The notes under the pieces: model-generated
Database searches by the model: none
The model's input: the letters and a program-made list of their open reading frames with translations, nothing else
Told to the model about the DNA's origin: nothing
Made by a program: the position numbers and the translations under genes
Assembly (NCBI GenBank): GCA_963664215.1
Contig: OY761015.1
DNA: 64,000 nucleotides
Source of the DNA: Candidatus Poribacteria bacterium
GTDB taxonomy: Bacteria > Poribacteria > WGA-4E > WGA-3G
Reading direction: 5' to 3' (one strand)
Part shown: positions 61,821-64,000 of the stretch, one piece after another
Position numbering within the stretch: position 1 is the stretch's first letter
Layout: every line of letters begins with the position of its first letter

Positions 61821-62405
61821 ATGGAATCTGTTAAGTCTATTATTCTTTTTCTTTGCTTTGCGGGGATTTTGTTTTGCGGTATTACGGCTATTGTTAATGT
61901 TCTTTATCTGGTGATAGGAACTTTATACGCCCTTTTCTCGCGCCCGAAATGTTCTAACTGTACAAAAAGGGTAGGAAAAGAGACGATCAGGTGTCCGCAC
62001 TGTGGGAGTGCTCTCGGAGAAAAACGACCTCAAGAAGAAATAGATCCCGAACTTTACACGCGCGTCAAGGTTTTGGTAGCAGAACAGGCGCTGGTATCAG
62101 AAGAAGAACTCACGCCAGACACACACTTAGCGGAGGATTTACCGCTATCTGGTGACGATGGCTATGAACTACTTGAGGCGTTTTGTGAAACGTTTGAGAT
62201 CGAAAATATGAGTGAGATTGAGCCATACGACTATTTCGGTCCAGAGGCGTGGGACCCATTTTACGTATATGTTTTGCTCTATTACTGGGTGTTTAACAGG
62301 GAAAAACTAAATGAGCCTTATTATTCTCTAAAACCGCTTTATTTGCGGGATTTAGTCAAATCGGCTGAAGCGAAAAGGTGGATCCCACCAGAGGCAACAG
62401 AATGA
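61821..62405 (+). CDS. Membrane protein with zinc ribbon and ACP-like (DUF1493-like) domain
   Basis: N-terminal TM, CSNC...CPHCG, LTPDTHLAEDLPLSGDDGYELLEAF. Confidence 0.65.
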   Translation: MESVKSIILFLCFAGILFCGITAIVNVLYLVIGTLYALFSRPKCSNCTKRVGKETIRCPHCGSALGEKRPQEEIDPELYTRVKVLVAEQALVSEEELTPDTHLAEDLPLSGDDGYELLEAFCETFEIENMSEIEPYDYFGPEAWDPFYVYVLLYYWVFNREKLNEPYYSLKPLYLRDLVKSAEAKRWIPPEATE

Positions 62406-62500
62406 CAGATAGAATCGGTATTGCTATTATTGCGCTCGTTAGCATTCTCACCACACAAGGCTGAGGTGGAACGTTTGCTTGAAAACTGGAGGTAGGGAAA

Positions 62501-63007
62501 ATGAAACGCTGCTTTTTAATACTTTTGCTTACGCTGATTGCGCCACTGCTTACCTTCGCTCAAGAGCCTTTAAGGGGAGAGGACGTAAATGCGCTGCGCC
62601 TTAAAGCGGCGGAATCTGATGCGAAAAAGGATGCCGATAAGGATATAAGAAAACCAGCACCTTTTATCACGGGGATGGGATCAGTTTTCGCTAGCGGAGC
62701 GTGTCTGGCGCTGACGTTTCGCGCATTGCCTTCTATCGAATCAGATGTTGGGGGCACCGCACTTATTATTGCGGGGTGTTTACCTATTGTACTCGCCCTT
62801 GAACACTATGACACCGCTCCACACCCGCCGATTGAAAGATTGATTGGGAAGCACCCTGAATATGTCAAGGCTTACGTCAATGCATACACGGAAAAAATGC
62901 GATTCAGACAGCTGATAGCAGTCTCGGCTGGTGCTGCTGCAGGATGCGGTCTCATAACGGTTTGGGCGTATGCTTTTGGAGATATATTATTCATTGCATT
63001 ACACTGA
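62501..63007 (+). CDS. Hypothetical membrane protein
   Basis: Signal peptide and TM segments; distant paralog of 30603-31004. Confidence 0.65.
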   Translation: MKRCFLILLLTLIAPLLTFAQEPLRGEDVNALRLKAAESDAKKDADKDIRKPAPFITGMGSVFASGACLALTFRALPSIESDVGGTALIIAGCLPIVLALEHYDTAPHPPIERLIGKHPEYVKAYVNAYTEKMRFRQLIAVSAGAAAGCGLITVWAYAFGDILFIALH

Positions 63008-63034
63008 TTATATTACACAATAGAATCTAACAAA

Positions 63035-63957
63035 ACCTAAGTTGCCACCTATAAAAAAGTTGTAAATCCATGGGATCTCCTTTATAGTGTTTTCATCACA
63101 AAACCCAAAAGGAGCCCCCATGGACCTAACTATTGTAGCAGTTTATACGATTTGTGACGATCTTTTAATTTCACTCGGACATCGAGAGCATCCACAAACA
63201 CAGATGACAGATGCCGAAGTGATGACCACGGCACTTATTGCGGCGAGATACTTCGCAGGAAACCACCCAAACGCGTGTGCGGCTTTAAAGACGCTGGGAT
63301 ATATTCCAAATATGCTCCGACACTCTCGATACAATCGTAGACTTCATCGGATCAGACCGCTGTTTCAGACGCTCCTTGAACATATGGCTGAAACTACCAA
63401 GACCGAGAACATCCATAACATCTATTCGGTGGATACCTTTCCTGTAGCCACCTGTGACACTATTCGCATTTCTCGATGTCGCCGGTATCAAGGCGAAGCC
63501 TACCGAGGAAAGATCGCCAGCAAACGCCGGCATTTCTATGGACTGAAGGTGCATCTGATGGTCTCCGAGACGGGTGAAATCGTTGAAGCGTTCTTCACGC
63601 CGGGCGGATGCAATGATGTTGTCGGCATGCGATGTTATACGTTTGATCTGCCGCAAGGGTCGGTGGTTTATGCCGATAAAGCCTATTGTAACTATGCCAT
63701 TGAAGATGCCCTCGGTGATGTCGGTATTGCGTTCAAACCCTTGCGCAAGAAGAATGCCAAGCGTCAGTATCCGCCTCACGAAGTATACTTACAGCATCGT
63801 TACAGGAAACGTGTGGAAGTGACGAATAGTCTGGTTGAAAAACTTTTACCCAAGTCCATCCACGCCGTGACGGCTCATGGATTTGAGTTGAAATTGTTTT
63901 TATTTCTCATCGCAACAAATATAAAAATGCGATATGAAGATTAGTGGCAACTTAGGT
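63035..63957 (+). mobile_element. IS982-family insertion sequence
   Basis: TIR ACCTAAGTTGCCAC / GTGGCAACTTAGGT; 7-bp TSD TAACAAA (63028-63034, 63958-63964). Confidence 0.9.
63120..63944 (+). CDS. IS982-family DDE transposase
   Basis: MTDAEV.T, SRYNRRL, VDTFPV, FYGLKVHL, ADKAY, RKRVE..NS. Confidence 0.9.
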   Translation: MDLTIVAVYTICDDLLISLGHREHPQTQMTDAEVMTTALIAARYFAGNHPNACAALKTLGYIPNMLRHSRYNRRLHRIRPLFQTLLEHMAETTKTENIHNIYSVDTFPVATCDTIRISRCRRYQGEAYRGKIASKRRHFYGLKVHLMVSETGEIVEAFFTPGGCNDVVGMRCYTFDLPQGSVVYADKAYCNYAIEDALGDVGIAFKPLRKKNAKRQYPPHEVYLQHRYRKRVEVTNSLVEKLLPKSIHAVTAHGFELKLFLFLIATNIKMRYED

Positions 63958-64000
63958 TAACAAAGAAAAAATTACAACTGATGATAGAAATCAGGGGATA

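Overview
Bacterial genomic window; the gene content (dockerin/cohesin, internalin-like LRR, FlgD/T9SS-type C-terminal domains, ECF fusions) suggests Candidatus Poribacteria or a similar lineage, which is inference only. 1-11 kb (minus strand) is the str/S10/spc cluster: rpsL, rpsG, fusA, tuf, rpsJ through rplX. 11-18 kb holds nagA, a ThuA-like gene, folA/thyA/dut, an SMP-30 lactonase, tRNA-Arg(CCG) and two unknown genes. 18-59 kb is an accessory array: three membrane-anchored ECF sigma-LRR fusions, five ~1,350-1,400 aa secreted diheme-cytochrome c/LRR/cohesin/dockerin/FlgD paralogs, an LRR-glycosidase-like-dockerin protein and a WD40-dockerin protein. The end of the window carries an IS4-family and an IS982-family element. 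The main observation is a ~1.9 kb element present in three copies plus one orphan end. It encodes only two paralogous HTH-rich proteins (DUF1670-like) and no recognisable transposase. It always sits at the Lys-stop codon of the FlgD-tailed genes and appears to rebuild that stop. It has 14-bp inverted repeats with a palindromic core and a near-consensus sigma70 promoter pointing outward over a structured non-coding end. It is a candidate new family of site-specific mobile elements, possibly recombinase-type or RNA-assisted.
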